Source: a virus
Taxonomy: Duplodnaviria > Caudoviricetes
Virus record (IMG/VR): IMGVR_UViG_3300032218_003260
Direction: 5' to 3' (one strand)
Length of the DNA stretch: 64,000 nucleotides
Positions 34,628-43,401 of the stretch are shown piece after piece. The notes below the pieces were generated by a model, which was not told where the DNA came from, did not search any database, and saw only the letters and a list, made by a program, of their open reading frames with translations. The position numbers were made by a program, and so were the translations under genes. The first letter of the stretch is position 1; each line of letters opens with the position of its first letter.

Positions 34628-35575
34628 TTAATTAGCATTACAACTGGAATCGCCCAATTTGCTGCCTAGTACGACAAGGCTCATCTGTGTAACTTCAGAC
34701 CCGAGACGCGTGATGAAGTTCTGCAGCGTTGTCACGCCGTCACCGAACCGGTTGATTTGATTGACAATAGCGTCCAGTTCTGTGCAGCCGCAGCAGGGTT
34801 GCGCACACGTGTCGGCAAATTTTAAACCATTACTCATTGGCGTAATTTGAATGCAGTCGTCTGGCGCAAGAATGAAATTACCGTCTGTGCTGCACACGCC
34901 ATTGATACACCGAATGCACGAACCTATTTCTGGTGTTTCGCAGTAACACTCTTCGTTTAAATTGGTCCCTGAAATCGCATCAAAAATGATTTCGGTTTCC
35001 GTAGCAAACGAGACTGCGGTAATACGTACGTTGTTTCCCGCAACAAGTGTTACGTCGCCGTAAATAGGCGCGCTCATTTCACCGTTGTTTGAAACGCGCA
35101 GCCGGGTAACCGCGCGCAGCATTGGGCGAATAGTATCAGGTTCTAACTCGCCGGCAGCAAACGTAAATTCGTACAACCCGACCGGCATTTGATCAATTTC
35201 GTCGAGCGTGCCGAGTACAATCCGGCCGACGCAATCATCAAAGTTGTCTAGCCCGCCGAGCGCGTATGATCTATTTGGTTGGTAATTGCTGCGAACAATA
35301 TTTGCTGCAGCAACATCAACAATTGTTCCGTTGTTGTCATAACCAACGGTGATATTAAAACCCGTCGGCGCAACTAACAGGCTTTTGATAAAAAAACGAT
35401 TTGGCGCAAAAGCCAGCCCGGAATGAATCGGCAGATATAGCGCGACAATAAAACTGTCGGGGATCGTGAACGTGCCGCCGGGGTCGTTTGATTTTTTTGT
35501 GGCGCGCTCGGTCAGCGGGTACGACCGCTGCGAGTTGTGGTTGAGCCACTGTAGATTCCAGTTTCCAATCGGCAT
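34628..35575 (-). CDS. Tail-tip/fibre-associated protein (paralogue family)
   Basis: WLNHNSQRSYPL; IRCINGVCSTDGNF; CAQPCCGC. Confidence 0.6.
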   Translation of the reverse strand: MPIGNWNLQWLNHNSQRSYPLTERATKKSNDPGGTFTIPDSFIVALYLPIHSGLAFAPNRFFIKSLLVAPTGFNITVGYDNNGTIVDVAAANIVRSNYQPNRSYALGGLDNFDDCVGRIVLGTLDEIDQMPVGLYEFTFAAGELEPDTIRPMLRAVTRLRVSNNGEMSAPIYGDVTLVAGNNVRITAVSFATETEIIFDAISGTNLNEECYCETPEIGSCIRCINGVCSTDGNFILAPDDCIQITPMSNGLKFADTCAQPCCGCTELDAIVNQINRFGDGVTTLQNFITRLGSEVTQMSLVVLGSKLGDSSCNAN

Positions 35576-35588
35576 GGTGGCTCACCTA

Positions 35589-37496
35589 TTACGTTGCGCT
35601 ATAGACGATACCCGTGACGCGCAACACGCCGATTTCTCCGTAGACGTTATCTTCGGCGCGACCGATTGTGATTAGCGCGGTGTCTCCGTGCGCAACGCTA
35701 AAGGCAGCGCTATCACGCGTGATAGCGTGATCAATGAACAAATTTGCGCTTGAATTAAACGTGAGCGCGGCGTCGGTTGTTGCAAGACCTAACCCGTCGG
35801 TTAGCGTAGGGTCGGGCGATGCCAGCGTTCGACGGGTCATATACAGCGACGGCATAACTTTTCTCTGCAGTTGCGTGCCGTCACGCCCGAACAACTGCAC
35901 GCGAATTTTCATCATCAGGTTGTCGCCGAGATTGCTGCCCGGCACGTTAAAACGAAGGCGCAACAACGACGCCTGCCCGCCCGGAAAACCCAGATACGGA
36001 ATGTCCATGTACAGCCGTTCGACCGTATCGCTGAGCCGGATAATCTGCGGCGAGATCTCTCGCTCCACCAGTTGATCCGTATAGTCGATCTTGAGAATGC
36101 CTTGATGCAGTGTTACCGGGCTTGATGTCGTGAGGTTAAACTGTTGTTTTTCCTGCGTGGTCAACACGCGCGGATTTGGACGCGAGCCGGTGATTGCAAT
36201 TTGATTTGATAGCGTAAACGCGCCTTCAGCCAGCCAACCGCGCTTTAATTGATGTCGATTGACGACTCCCTTTAGCGCTTGTCCGCCAGTCGCTTCGGCA
36301 GCGGCAATCTGCAGGTCTAGATTAAGCTGAAGATCCCCAGTCGACGCCGGATCATCCGCGCAATTTGAAATAGCAATCGGGCTTGTAACTGTTGTAGCAG
36401 TAGCGGTGGGCGTGGTCTCTGGTGCCGTACCGTCTACGTCTTTGACGACGCTAGTGACAACGTTACGATCATTACCGGAGAGCATGCGCAGATACACAAC
36501 CGACACGCGCATGTTTTCGTAGCGAGGGCATTCGCCGGTGCCGACCGGATGCGTTGTCGGTGCCGTAAACGGGATATCGCCGGCGCAATTACTCATCCAC
36601 CAAATGCCGTTGGTGTCGCAAATTGCCAAGCCGTTGCGGCCGAGCGGGATTTCGGTGGCGCCGACATGGTCAGCGCCCTTATCCCACAACATGGCCACCG
36701 ACTGAAGCGGCAGCGGCGGCCAAACGTTAGCCAGCGACGAATGCTGACTCAGGTTGTAACCAAACAGAGCGCCGTTCGGGGCTTTGCCGTTAAAAATATC
36801 ATGACTCGCGGGCAGCCATCCGGGCAACTCTGGATTTGGATCGGTGATTACGCGATGACTTGCGCCGTTATGGACGATTGTCGCGGGCGTACCGGCGGGC
36901 TGCGCAACAAGATCAAATCGGTAATGCGTGTGCTCGTCGATGAAGTCGCGAATGTGCGGCATGACCACAACGCGCGGCACCGTCGTGCAGCTGTCTTTCG
37001 GGCCCTGCACGTGGCAGACACTAACCGTGACAGCCGGGCGCTGCTTTACGAGCTTGCCGGCCTCCGACGCCGACAGGTAGTAACGGCCCGGCGTGATTGC
37101 GCCGTCGATAGCGTTGGCTAGTTCGGGAATATCGACAATGCCGCGCAGTACGATATCGCCCAATGTTTCAGAACGTTTGCGTACGCAGATGCCGACGCAG
37201 TCTGACGACGGCTGTACGACTAGTGTTTGCGTGTTGGCGTCTGGCTCAACGGCCGCCAGTGCGGGCTCGTAACGATGCTCGGTCCAGTTCCAGTAAACCG
37301 GCTGTCCGGGCAGTACGGAGCTGCAGATAGTCGCGTTGCTGTCGACTAGGACTTTACCAAGCTCGGCGGCGTCGAGCCGGTCTTTGAGGTAATCCGTGCG
37401 GTCTTCGAGCGTACGGTCTGGGCGTGAAACGACGCCAGCCTGTACAGGCTCGCCCGGATTGACGTGTTTAATATTGTGCAGCCAGTTCCCGGACAT
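35589..37496 (-). CDS. Proximal tail fibre / baseplate-attached protein
   Basis: N-terminal GEPV.AGVVSRP...LEDRT.YLK.RL resembles fibre-attachment N-termini; position after the baseplate genes. Confidence 0.5.
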   Translation of the reverse strand: MSGNWLHNIKHVNPGEPVQAGVVSRPDRTLEDRTDYLKDRLDAAELGKVLVDSNATICSSVLPGQPVYWNWTEHRYEPALAAVEPDANTQTLVVQPSSDCVGICVRKRSETLGDIVLRGIVDIPELANAIDGAITPGRYYLSASEAGKLVKQRPAVTVSVCHVQGPKDSCTTVPRVVVMPHIRDFIDEHTHYRFDLVAQPAGTPATIVHNGASHRVITDPNPELPGWLPASHDIFNGKAPNGALFGYNLSQHSSLANVWPPLPLQSVAMLWDKGADHVGATEIPLGRNGLAICDTNGIWWMSNCAGDIPFTAPTTHPVGTGECPRYENMRVSVVYLRMLSGNDRNVVTSVVKDVDGTAPETTPTATATTVTSPIAISNCADDPASTGDLQLNLDLQIAAAEATGGQALKGVVNRHQLKRGWLAEGAFTLSNQIAITGSRPNPRVLTTQEKQQFNLTTSSPVTLHQGILKIDYTDQLVEREISPQIIRLSDTVERLYMDIPYLGFPGGQASLLRLRFNVPGSNLGDNLMMKIRVQLFGRDGTQLQRKVMPSLYMTRRTLASPDPTLTDGLGLATTDAALTFNSSANLFIDHAITRDSAAFSVAHGDTALITIGRAEDNVYGEIGVLRVTGIVYSAT

Positions 37497-37504
37497 CCTT
37501 GTCC
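37491..37504 (-). promoter_or_regulatory. CsrA-type hairpin over the start codon
   Basis: Minus GGAC-AAGGAT-GTCC; ACAAGGAUGU matches the core of the CsrA SELEX consensus and contains the AUG. Confidence 0.55.
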
Positions 37505-37520
37505 TCCGGCAGTTAGTTGA

Positions 37521-38153
37521 TTACAAGAACGCGACATCCCACGTGATGCCGATTTGCGATGACGCTTCCTTGGTCACCTGATTTCCGCCGCTAAAAATTG
37601 TCCGCGCAAACACGACGTCTTTTGATCGGTCGCTTAATACCGGCGCGGCCACTAAAGCTGCCGCGTACACTCGACTGTTGTTTGCGCTGCTAAATTGCCG
37701 CGCCGCGCCCGCGTAGACAACGCGAGCCTCTGAGGTCTGCGCAAAGAACGTAAGCTGATTGCCAGATTGATTGACTGGCAAGTTGGCGTCGTAGCCAGCT
37801 GATACGCTCAGCGCCGGTTCAATGCTCAGCGGGACGCGAATAAAATTGCGCGTCTGCGAATCGCTAAGCGAATTGTAGTACGTGATATCGACATTGCGAC
37901 CAAAGCTGGGTGTCGATACAGTCAGCGCGGGATCGATGTTTTCGTACTCGATGTACATCGCCGAAATGTGATAGTCCAGCCGATCAGGTTGCCGACGATA
38001 ACCCAGTTGCTTGGCTGCGATAAATCCCCAGCCGTATTGGATCTGGTTTGCTTGCGCGAACAGCGGCAGCTTCAGGCCGTTCTTTTCGTCAATGCGCCAC
38101 ACCGACACGTGTCCGCGTACGCCAAAAGCGGGGGTAATGTTATCGGTAGCCAT
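37521..38153 (-). CDS. Baseplate/tail-fibre-associated protein
   Basis: 210 aa ending K......ITWDV.F; position between wedge and fibre genes. Confidence 0.5.
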   Translation of the reverse strand: MATDNITPAFGVRGHVSVWRIDEKNGLKLPLFAQANQIQYGWGFIAAKQLGYRRQPDRLDYHISAMYIEYENIDPALTVSTPSFGRNVDITYYNSLSDSQTRNFIRVPLSIEPALSVSAGYDANLPVNQSGNQLTFFAQTSEARVVYAGAARQFSSANNSRVYAAALVAAPVLSDRSKDVVFARTIFSGGNQVTKEASSQIGITWDVAFL

Positions 38154-38162
38154 GTGTTGTCC

Positions 38163-39884
38163 TTATTGGCAGGTACCGGACACGAGTCTGGCGGTGGCGC
38201 CTAAATCGTGCACCAAAGACACCGGTACGTCGTCGTTTGCGGGGTTCATTCCTGTAAAGCGCGTTACGGCCTCAAAAACGGCGTTCTCTGGCGTTATCTT
38301 ATCTTTATCGACCGCCAGCTCGAAAATTACGATCATTGCCGTTTGCGGCGGTAATAACTGACGTAGATGCCTAATATTGTACAGTCCCAGATGATTTAGC
38401 CCTAGCGCGCTTACCGAGATTCTTACCACAAATACGTTGTTGCGCAGCACGTTTTCAACTAGGAAACGTAACGGGTTAATTGTCTTCGGTAAATGCGCGG
38501 TGTTGGGTTCTGTGCCCGCGTTGACGCGTTTATCAAGTAACTGCGCCAGCGTGCCAATTTTGAGCCGTGGCGCACAATCTGGTTGCGCTTTGCGGAACTC
38601 GGCCGCCTGTACGCCGCGCTCGTGGATCTCGTCAAAGAACTGCTGCACGTCTGCCGGGTAGCCGCCTAAACGGAATTTTACGTATGTGTAGCCGGTGTGG
38701 TGTGCTGTGTTTACTTCGAGGGGCACGTTTTGGTTTTCAAAGACAAGGTCGCCGTAAAAGCACGACGAGAGAAATCCGCTGTCCAGTGCCAGCGCTGTAA
38801 TAGCCCGACGAACTGGCTGACAAGAATCTGCATTTGGGTCAAGCAGCAGCTCGTCCTCTGTTTCGGTCGCTAGCGGTTCCCACGCGTTACTGGTCAAAAT
38901 GTTATTCGGCGGGGGGCAACAAATAATCTCTCCCGGTGTTTCTCGCGCATACGTGTTGCCAACAAAGAACTCATATACGTCAATACCGCGAACAAGCGGC
39001 GTACCGGCGTGAATAGTCTGTCCAACTTCAACGCGCGGCACAATGTTTTCTGTAAAACGATAAACTGCCTTGTCCGTCACGATCAGCAGACCGCGGGCAT
39101 CGTCGTCAACAAGCTCGACGGTTTCTATCGGCCCCATACTGACTGGTACGCCGCAGATAGCCGCGATTGCGGCGTCAAGCCCGGCCGCTGTGGCGCCGCC
39201 CTCGACAAGCCCGGAAATAATGGCATTCGTTAAGTCTTTGTATGCCTGACTTGTGCGGAGTTTGATGCCAACCGCGTACGCAAACTGGTTGAACACCGTG
39301 TTGTAATCAAACTGCCCACAAAACCCCCACAGCGCCAGCTCTTCGTCGTCTGCGTTGTCGGGCGACGGGCGCTTTGTAAACACAGGGTTTTCAAATGGGT
39401 CTTTGGCGAAAACGATGGCGTTGCGCGTCGTGTCAATCAGGAAGTCTGAGTTTTTGATCAGTACGCCGGTGGGATATGTAATGCGATTAAACAACTGCAT
39501 CACGTCGGTCAAATTTGGCGGCAGCGGGAACGAAAAGAAGGTGGTTGTCGGCGGCACGTCAAACCGCAGGCCAGAATCAAACGTAGCCGAATTGCGGTCA
39601 AATTGTGTGATTGTTGTGCGCGCGCTGTTGCGCTCTGACTTTTTTAAGACGATTGGCGTCAGCGTCTCAGTGTGAAACAGCGGTACGTCAAAGCGGCTTA
39701 ACGACTCAATCGTTTCAATGAGGTTGTGATACGTTTGATTTACAACCTGTGCGGTCGCAATTGCGTACGAATGCACCTGATCTACGCCCGTGTATGTGCG
39801 CGCCCAGAAGCTACCCAACGCCGCAATTAGGTTGCGGCTGCGGTCAAAGTCAGACCCGGGGTATACAAATTCTGGTTTGTTCAT
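38163..39884 (-). CDS. Baseplate wedge protein
   Basis: LGSFW...Y N-terminus; directly follows the baseplate J-like gene. Confidence 0.55.
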   Translation of the reverse strand: MNKPEFVYPGSDFDRSRNLIAALGSFWARTYTGVDQVHSYAIATAQVVNQTYHNLIETIESLSRFDVPLFHTETLTPIVLKKSERNSARTTITQFDRNSATFDSGLRFDVPPTTTFFSFPLPPNLTDVMQLFNRITYPTGVLIKNSDFLIDTTRNAIVFAKDPFENPVFTKRPSPDNADDEELALWGFCGQFDYNTVFNQFAYAVGIKLRTSQAYKDLTNAIISGLVEGGATAAGLDAAIAAICGVPVSMGPIETVELVDDDARGLLIVTDKAVYRFTENIVPRVEVGQTIHAGTPLVRGIDVYEFFVGNTYARETPGEIICCPPPNNILTSNAWEPLATETEDELLLDPNADSCQPVRRAITALALDSGFLSSCFYGDLVFENQNVPLEVNTAHHTGYTYVKFRLGGYPADVQQFFDEIHERGVQAAEFRKAQPDCAPRLKIGTLAQLLDKRVNAGTEPNTAHLPKTINPLRFLVENVLRNNVFVVRISVSALGLNHLGLYNIRHLRQLLPPQTAMIVIFELAVDKDKITPENAVFEAVTRFTGMNPANDDVPVSLVHDLGATARLVSGTCQ

Positions 39885-39886
39885 GA

Positions 39887-41608
39887 TCAGTTAGCCCAGC
39901 CGGCGGAGACGACAGATACCGACACGTCTTGCGGTCCGGTTAAAAACACAGTTGTACGGCCTGTAACAAGACGAGCTGCGTCGGTGGGTAGTTTCAAAAT
40001 TGTGTTGTCGCGCACATACGTAGTGCTGCCGTCGGGGCGGCGGATGCGGCCAAACATATCAATACCGCCAAGCGCTTGCTGGCTGGACAAGTGCTTGTGC
40101 GCAGCGTTACTAATAACTGACGCGTGCAGCTGCCCGGAGAACCCAACACCGGCGACCGCGGCGCTGACGCTCTTTTGAATCGCTTCAATATCGGGCGTAA
40201 CGACGGCGGGGCTTTTACGGATCTCAAACGAAATCTTTGTGAAACACGGCACCGCGGCTTTTACCAGCACGTCGGCAGCGCGTGGGCGGGTGTCGCGCCC
40301 GGCAAAATAATCTTGCAGCTCGCCAATCAGGGGCATTCCAGTCGTAGTGACAGCGTACCACTTTTTCGTCTGGTTTGGGATGAGCGCTCCCGCCGGTTGG
40401 ATAGCGGTGTTCACAAAACGGATAACAGCTGTCTGATATCGTGTATACGCGCTTTCGTGGAGATACAGCACGTCGGGCACGAAATCCAGCTCTAAGAAAT
40501 CGGCCGTTCGTGTGTCTTGCAGCACGGAGTAATTTGCCTGCGGCACTCCAGCCAGCGCCGGATCCACGATGCGTGTGACTTCGTAAAACCCGGGAGCGGT
40601 GTTTCGACCGATTGAGACCTGCCAGACAGTGCCGGTTGGTGTGCCGCCAACCAGAGCCTGTTCGTCGCAATTCCCGGTTGGATTCGTCGGGGGCGTGTAG
40701 GGGCCGACGTATGTTGCCTCTAGCAAGTGTTCAATTTCTTGCGCGTACGAATTGGTCTGCGCGTAGATGTCAACTTTTCCGCCGCCAGAGATCGGAAACA
40801 GGGAATGCTGGTCGCGCTGCTGTTCCGCGTCGCCACAACCTAATACAGACAGGTGCTCGGTGTTTTTGAAAGCCGGTTGCGCCATTACAGCCGCGGTGTA
40901 GCTGGCGCGGCTACCGACTGTCTTCGCAGCCAGTCCGGTTGTCAGTCGCGCTAAATAGTCTTCGTTGGTGGCTGGGTCGCGGCCGGCAATAAAATCTGCC
41001 GCGGCGAAGGCGGCCGCCACGTTGTTTAAAAGGTTGTCAGGAATCAGATTGACGCCGCGCTTAATGTTGCCCGCTGCGCCAATTGAGCGTGCCACTACAT
41101 TAACCGTCGCCGCAAACGTACCGTCGCCAACCGGGATCATTTTGCGCTGATTCGCGTCAGTCAGTACGTCAGTCGTCGTAGGCGGTAATACGAGAAACGA
41201 CCCGGTTGGTACGAAAATGGTTTCGGCGTCTTCGGCTGTGAACCGCACCGTATCGGGAATCTCGGTGCGTACGTCTGCATTGAAAATGATCGTAATCGAA
41301 CCTACAGCCGGAGTGCCGTTGTCGCGCTGCACGTTGAAATTAGACAATACTTGATCGACGATGTCCGGGTCGGCAAGCGTCGGGTCCTGTGTGATCTTTA
41401 ATAAGCTGTTGCTCTGTTGGACGCGCGTGATGTTTTCCTGAATCGCGGCGTTTAGCAGGCCGTCAAAATACAGCACAAGATCGTGAAATACGCCGCGCGT
41501 TAGCTCGACCTCCGGGTGGCGTTCCGCCATAAGTTGCGACAACGTCGCAACCATTTCTTGCACCCTAGTCGGGTTAAGCTGCGTTAAACTGGTTATTTCA
41601 ATCGACAT
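39887..41608 (-). CDS. Baseplate J / gp6-like wedge protein
   Basis: GVFHDLVL, QVLSNFNV.R..G..A.G.I, A...G..GNI, GRDPATNEDY..R motifs. Confidence 0.8.
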   Translation of the reverse strand: MSIEITSLTQLNPTRVQEMVATLSQLMAERHPEVELTRGVFHDLVLYFDGLLNAAIQENITRVQQSNSLLKITQDPTLADPDIVDQVLSNFNVQRDNGTPAVGSITIIFNADVRTEIPDTVRFTAEDAETIFVPTGSFLVLPPTTTDVLTDANQRKMIPVGDGTFAATVNVVARSIGAAGNIKRGVNLIPDNLLNNVAAAFAAADFIAGRDPATNEDYLARLTTGLAAKTVGSRASYTAAVMAQPAFKNTEHLSVLGCGDAEQQRDQHSLFPISGGGKVDIYAQTNSYAQEIEHLLEATYVGPYTPPTNPTGNCDEQALVGGTPTGTVWQVSIGRNTAPGFYEVTRIVDPALAGVPQANYSVLQDTRTADFLELDFVPDVLYLHESAYTRYQTAVIRFVNTAIQPAGALIPNQTKKWYAVTTTGMPLIGELQDYFAGRDTRPRAADVLVKAAVPCFTKISFEIRKSPAVVTPDIEAIQKSVSAAVAGVGFSGQLHASVISNAAHKHLSSQQALGGIDMFGRIRRPDGSTTYVRDNTILKLPTDAARLVTGRTTVFLTGPQDVSVSVVSAGWAN

Positions 41609-41609
41609 A

Positions 41610-42083
41610 TTACACCTGTGGCAGCGTGGCTACCGGTAAAATTACAACCCGCTCGTCGCCGGCGATGCTTGTAATCATAACACGCATGTTTAAATATCCC
41701 GGCAGGATTGCGACAGATAGCAATTCTGCGTCGTCAAACCGCTCGTCGGCCGGCATTCCTTCGTATTCTTCGTTTTGGAGCGTGACGCGTAACCGAAGAT
41801 TGGCGTCATAAAAGTTCTGCGTAACGTCAAGCTGGCTGCGCATCTGCCCCTGTCGGACCAGCTGCATAAAATCGGTGCCCCGCTCAGGGAGGCCGGGCAT
41901 TGAACCGATTTCGGTCAGGAACTCTAGCGCCCAGCGTTGCGCCAGCTTTTGAATGCCGACGCAAATAAGCCCGCTATTGTCTTCGTCATATAAGACGAGA
42001 CCGAGTTTATTATCGCGCGCAGTGTTGACGTTCTGCAGCGCGAGGTAGTCATATTTGCGGTTTGCAAAGTCAGCTAGACTCAT
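41610..42083 (-). CDS. gp25-like baseplate wedge (sheath initiator) protein
   Basis: GIQKLAQRW..EFLT..GS......RGTDF; immediately upstream of the J-like gene. Confidence 0.7.
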   Translation of the reverse strand: MSLADFANRKYDYLALQNVNTARDNKLGLVLYDEDNSGLICVGIQKLAQRWALEFLTEIGSMPGLPERGTDFMQLVRQGQMRSQLDVTQNFYDANLRLRVTLQNEEYEGMPADERFDDAELLSVAILPGYLNMRVMITSIAGDERVVILPVATLPQV

Positions 42084-42085
42084 GG

Positions 42086-42568
42086 TTAACCTCCGGCCGC
42101 GCCGGCATCAATGTGCGTTTGTACGTTGTCTTTGAAGAACGAAAACACGCCAACTTTTGTTTTCCCGTGACCTTGTAGACGCCCGTGCATGAACGACATG
42201 CAACGAGCGTAGCTTGCGTGGCGTGTCCGCCACGCGCGTTCTTCTACTGCCATAAAGTCTGCTTGCCATTTCATTGCTATTAAATCGCCCGTCGTGCCGC
42301 CTTGCTTCTCCGGCCCCGAAAGTACCGAGTCCGAATAGATCTGATTAATGTTGTTGCGGTCCCAGCTAGGAAAACTCATGCCGGGAACGTCGAGCAGTTC
42401 TTTTGTTTTGATTTCTTCTGGTGTGTGCCAAGGACGCCAGTCCGTCATGTAATTTTTAAAGACTTCGGCCATTTTCTTGGCGCGCTCTTCTAGCTGGTCG
42501 ATACGGGCTTGGAACTTTCCGTCGACTTGCCCTTTTTTTGCGCCGAGGCCGGGTTTTTCTTCTGCCAT
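42086..42568 (-). CDS. Hypothetical baseplate-region protein
   Basis: TAAGGAG RBS; 160-aa ORF. Confidence 0.65.
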   Translation of the reverse strand: MAEEKPGLGAKKGQVDGKFQARIDQLEERAKKMAEVFKNYMTDWRPWHTPEEIKTKELLDVPGMSFPSWDRNNINQIYSDSVLSGPEKQGGTTGDLIAMKWQADFMAVEERAWRTRHASYARCMSFMHGRLQGHGKTKVGVFSFFKDNVQTHIDAGAAGG

Positions 42569-42577
42569 GACCGCTCC

Positions 42578-43399
42578 TTAGAAATTGCCTTGAGTGTATT
42601 GTTTATCGAGCATCGCCTGAATCTTGGCGGCGCGTTGGCTTACCGCGCCGGGCGTGATGTTTAACCGCCGTGCGATTTCTTGCGTGCTGGTTTTTTTTCG
42701 CCCATTACGGCCGAGTGTCATATCCGCAATTAACTTGTCGATTGAGCCAAGATCTTCGTAGACAAAGTTAAACCACGCATCAGCGGATCGGTTACTGTTT
42801 GGAATCGTGCTTGCTACGTCGCCACCGTAGCTTTCTTCGTCAGTGACTTCGCGTGTCGTCATGCCTTCGGATACCGGCTGATTAAACGCGCGAATTTTTT
42901 GAATACGGCGTTTTGATAGCCCGGTGTGATCAGCCAGCTCGTCGTCAGTAGGATCGCGACCTAGCTGGTCATACAGCTCGGATTCGTTCTCCGTTAGCCG
43001 ACCGTAATCGAGGCCGACTTGCTCAGGAATCGAGATGATGTTTTGTGCCTGCGCAGACACTCGGCGCAGGCTCTGTAACTGCGACAGCAGATGAGTGCGC
43101 ACGTTGCCGCGTTGCGGGTCGTAAGTATCCAGCGCCTTGAGCGCCATAAGCCGCGCTTTGGATTTAATTGTCGGGCTGGCGTTTTGACCGGCGTAACTCA
43201 TCACAGCTGTGTCGATAACCGGCTGAAGTGTTCCTAGCAGCGCTGTATTTGTTTCCGGCGTTTTAGCGTGCTGCCACTGCGTATAGGCGTTATCAAAGTC
43301 GGTGCTGACGCCCGTCGGCCTCCGCGCCGAGAACGGTGCAGGCACGTCGCCTAAGATAGACGGCATGCCGGCCGGCGTACTGGTTTTGTTATCAGCCAT
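42578..43399 (-). CDS. RNA polymerase sigma-70 family factor (putative late sigma)
   Basis: Region 2 ALKALDTYDPQRG; region 3 LGRDPTDDELADHTGLS..RI; region 4 STQEIARRLNITPGAVSQ. Confidence 0.85.
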   Translation of the reverse strand: MADNKTSTPAGMPSILGDVPAPFSARRPTGVSTDFDNAYTQWQHAKTPETNTALLGTLQPVIDTAVMSYAGQNASPTIKSKARLMALKALDTYDPQRGNVRTHLLSQLQSLRRVSAQAQNIISIPEQVGLDYGRLTENESELYDQLGRDPTDDELADHTGLSKRRIQKIRAFNQPVSEGMTTREVTDEESYGGDVASTIPNSNRSADAWFNFVYEDLGSIDKLIADMTLGRNGRKKTSTQEIARRLNITPGAVSQRAAKIQAMLDKQYTQGNF

Positions 43400-43401
43400 G
43401 A

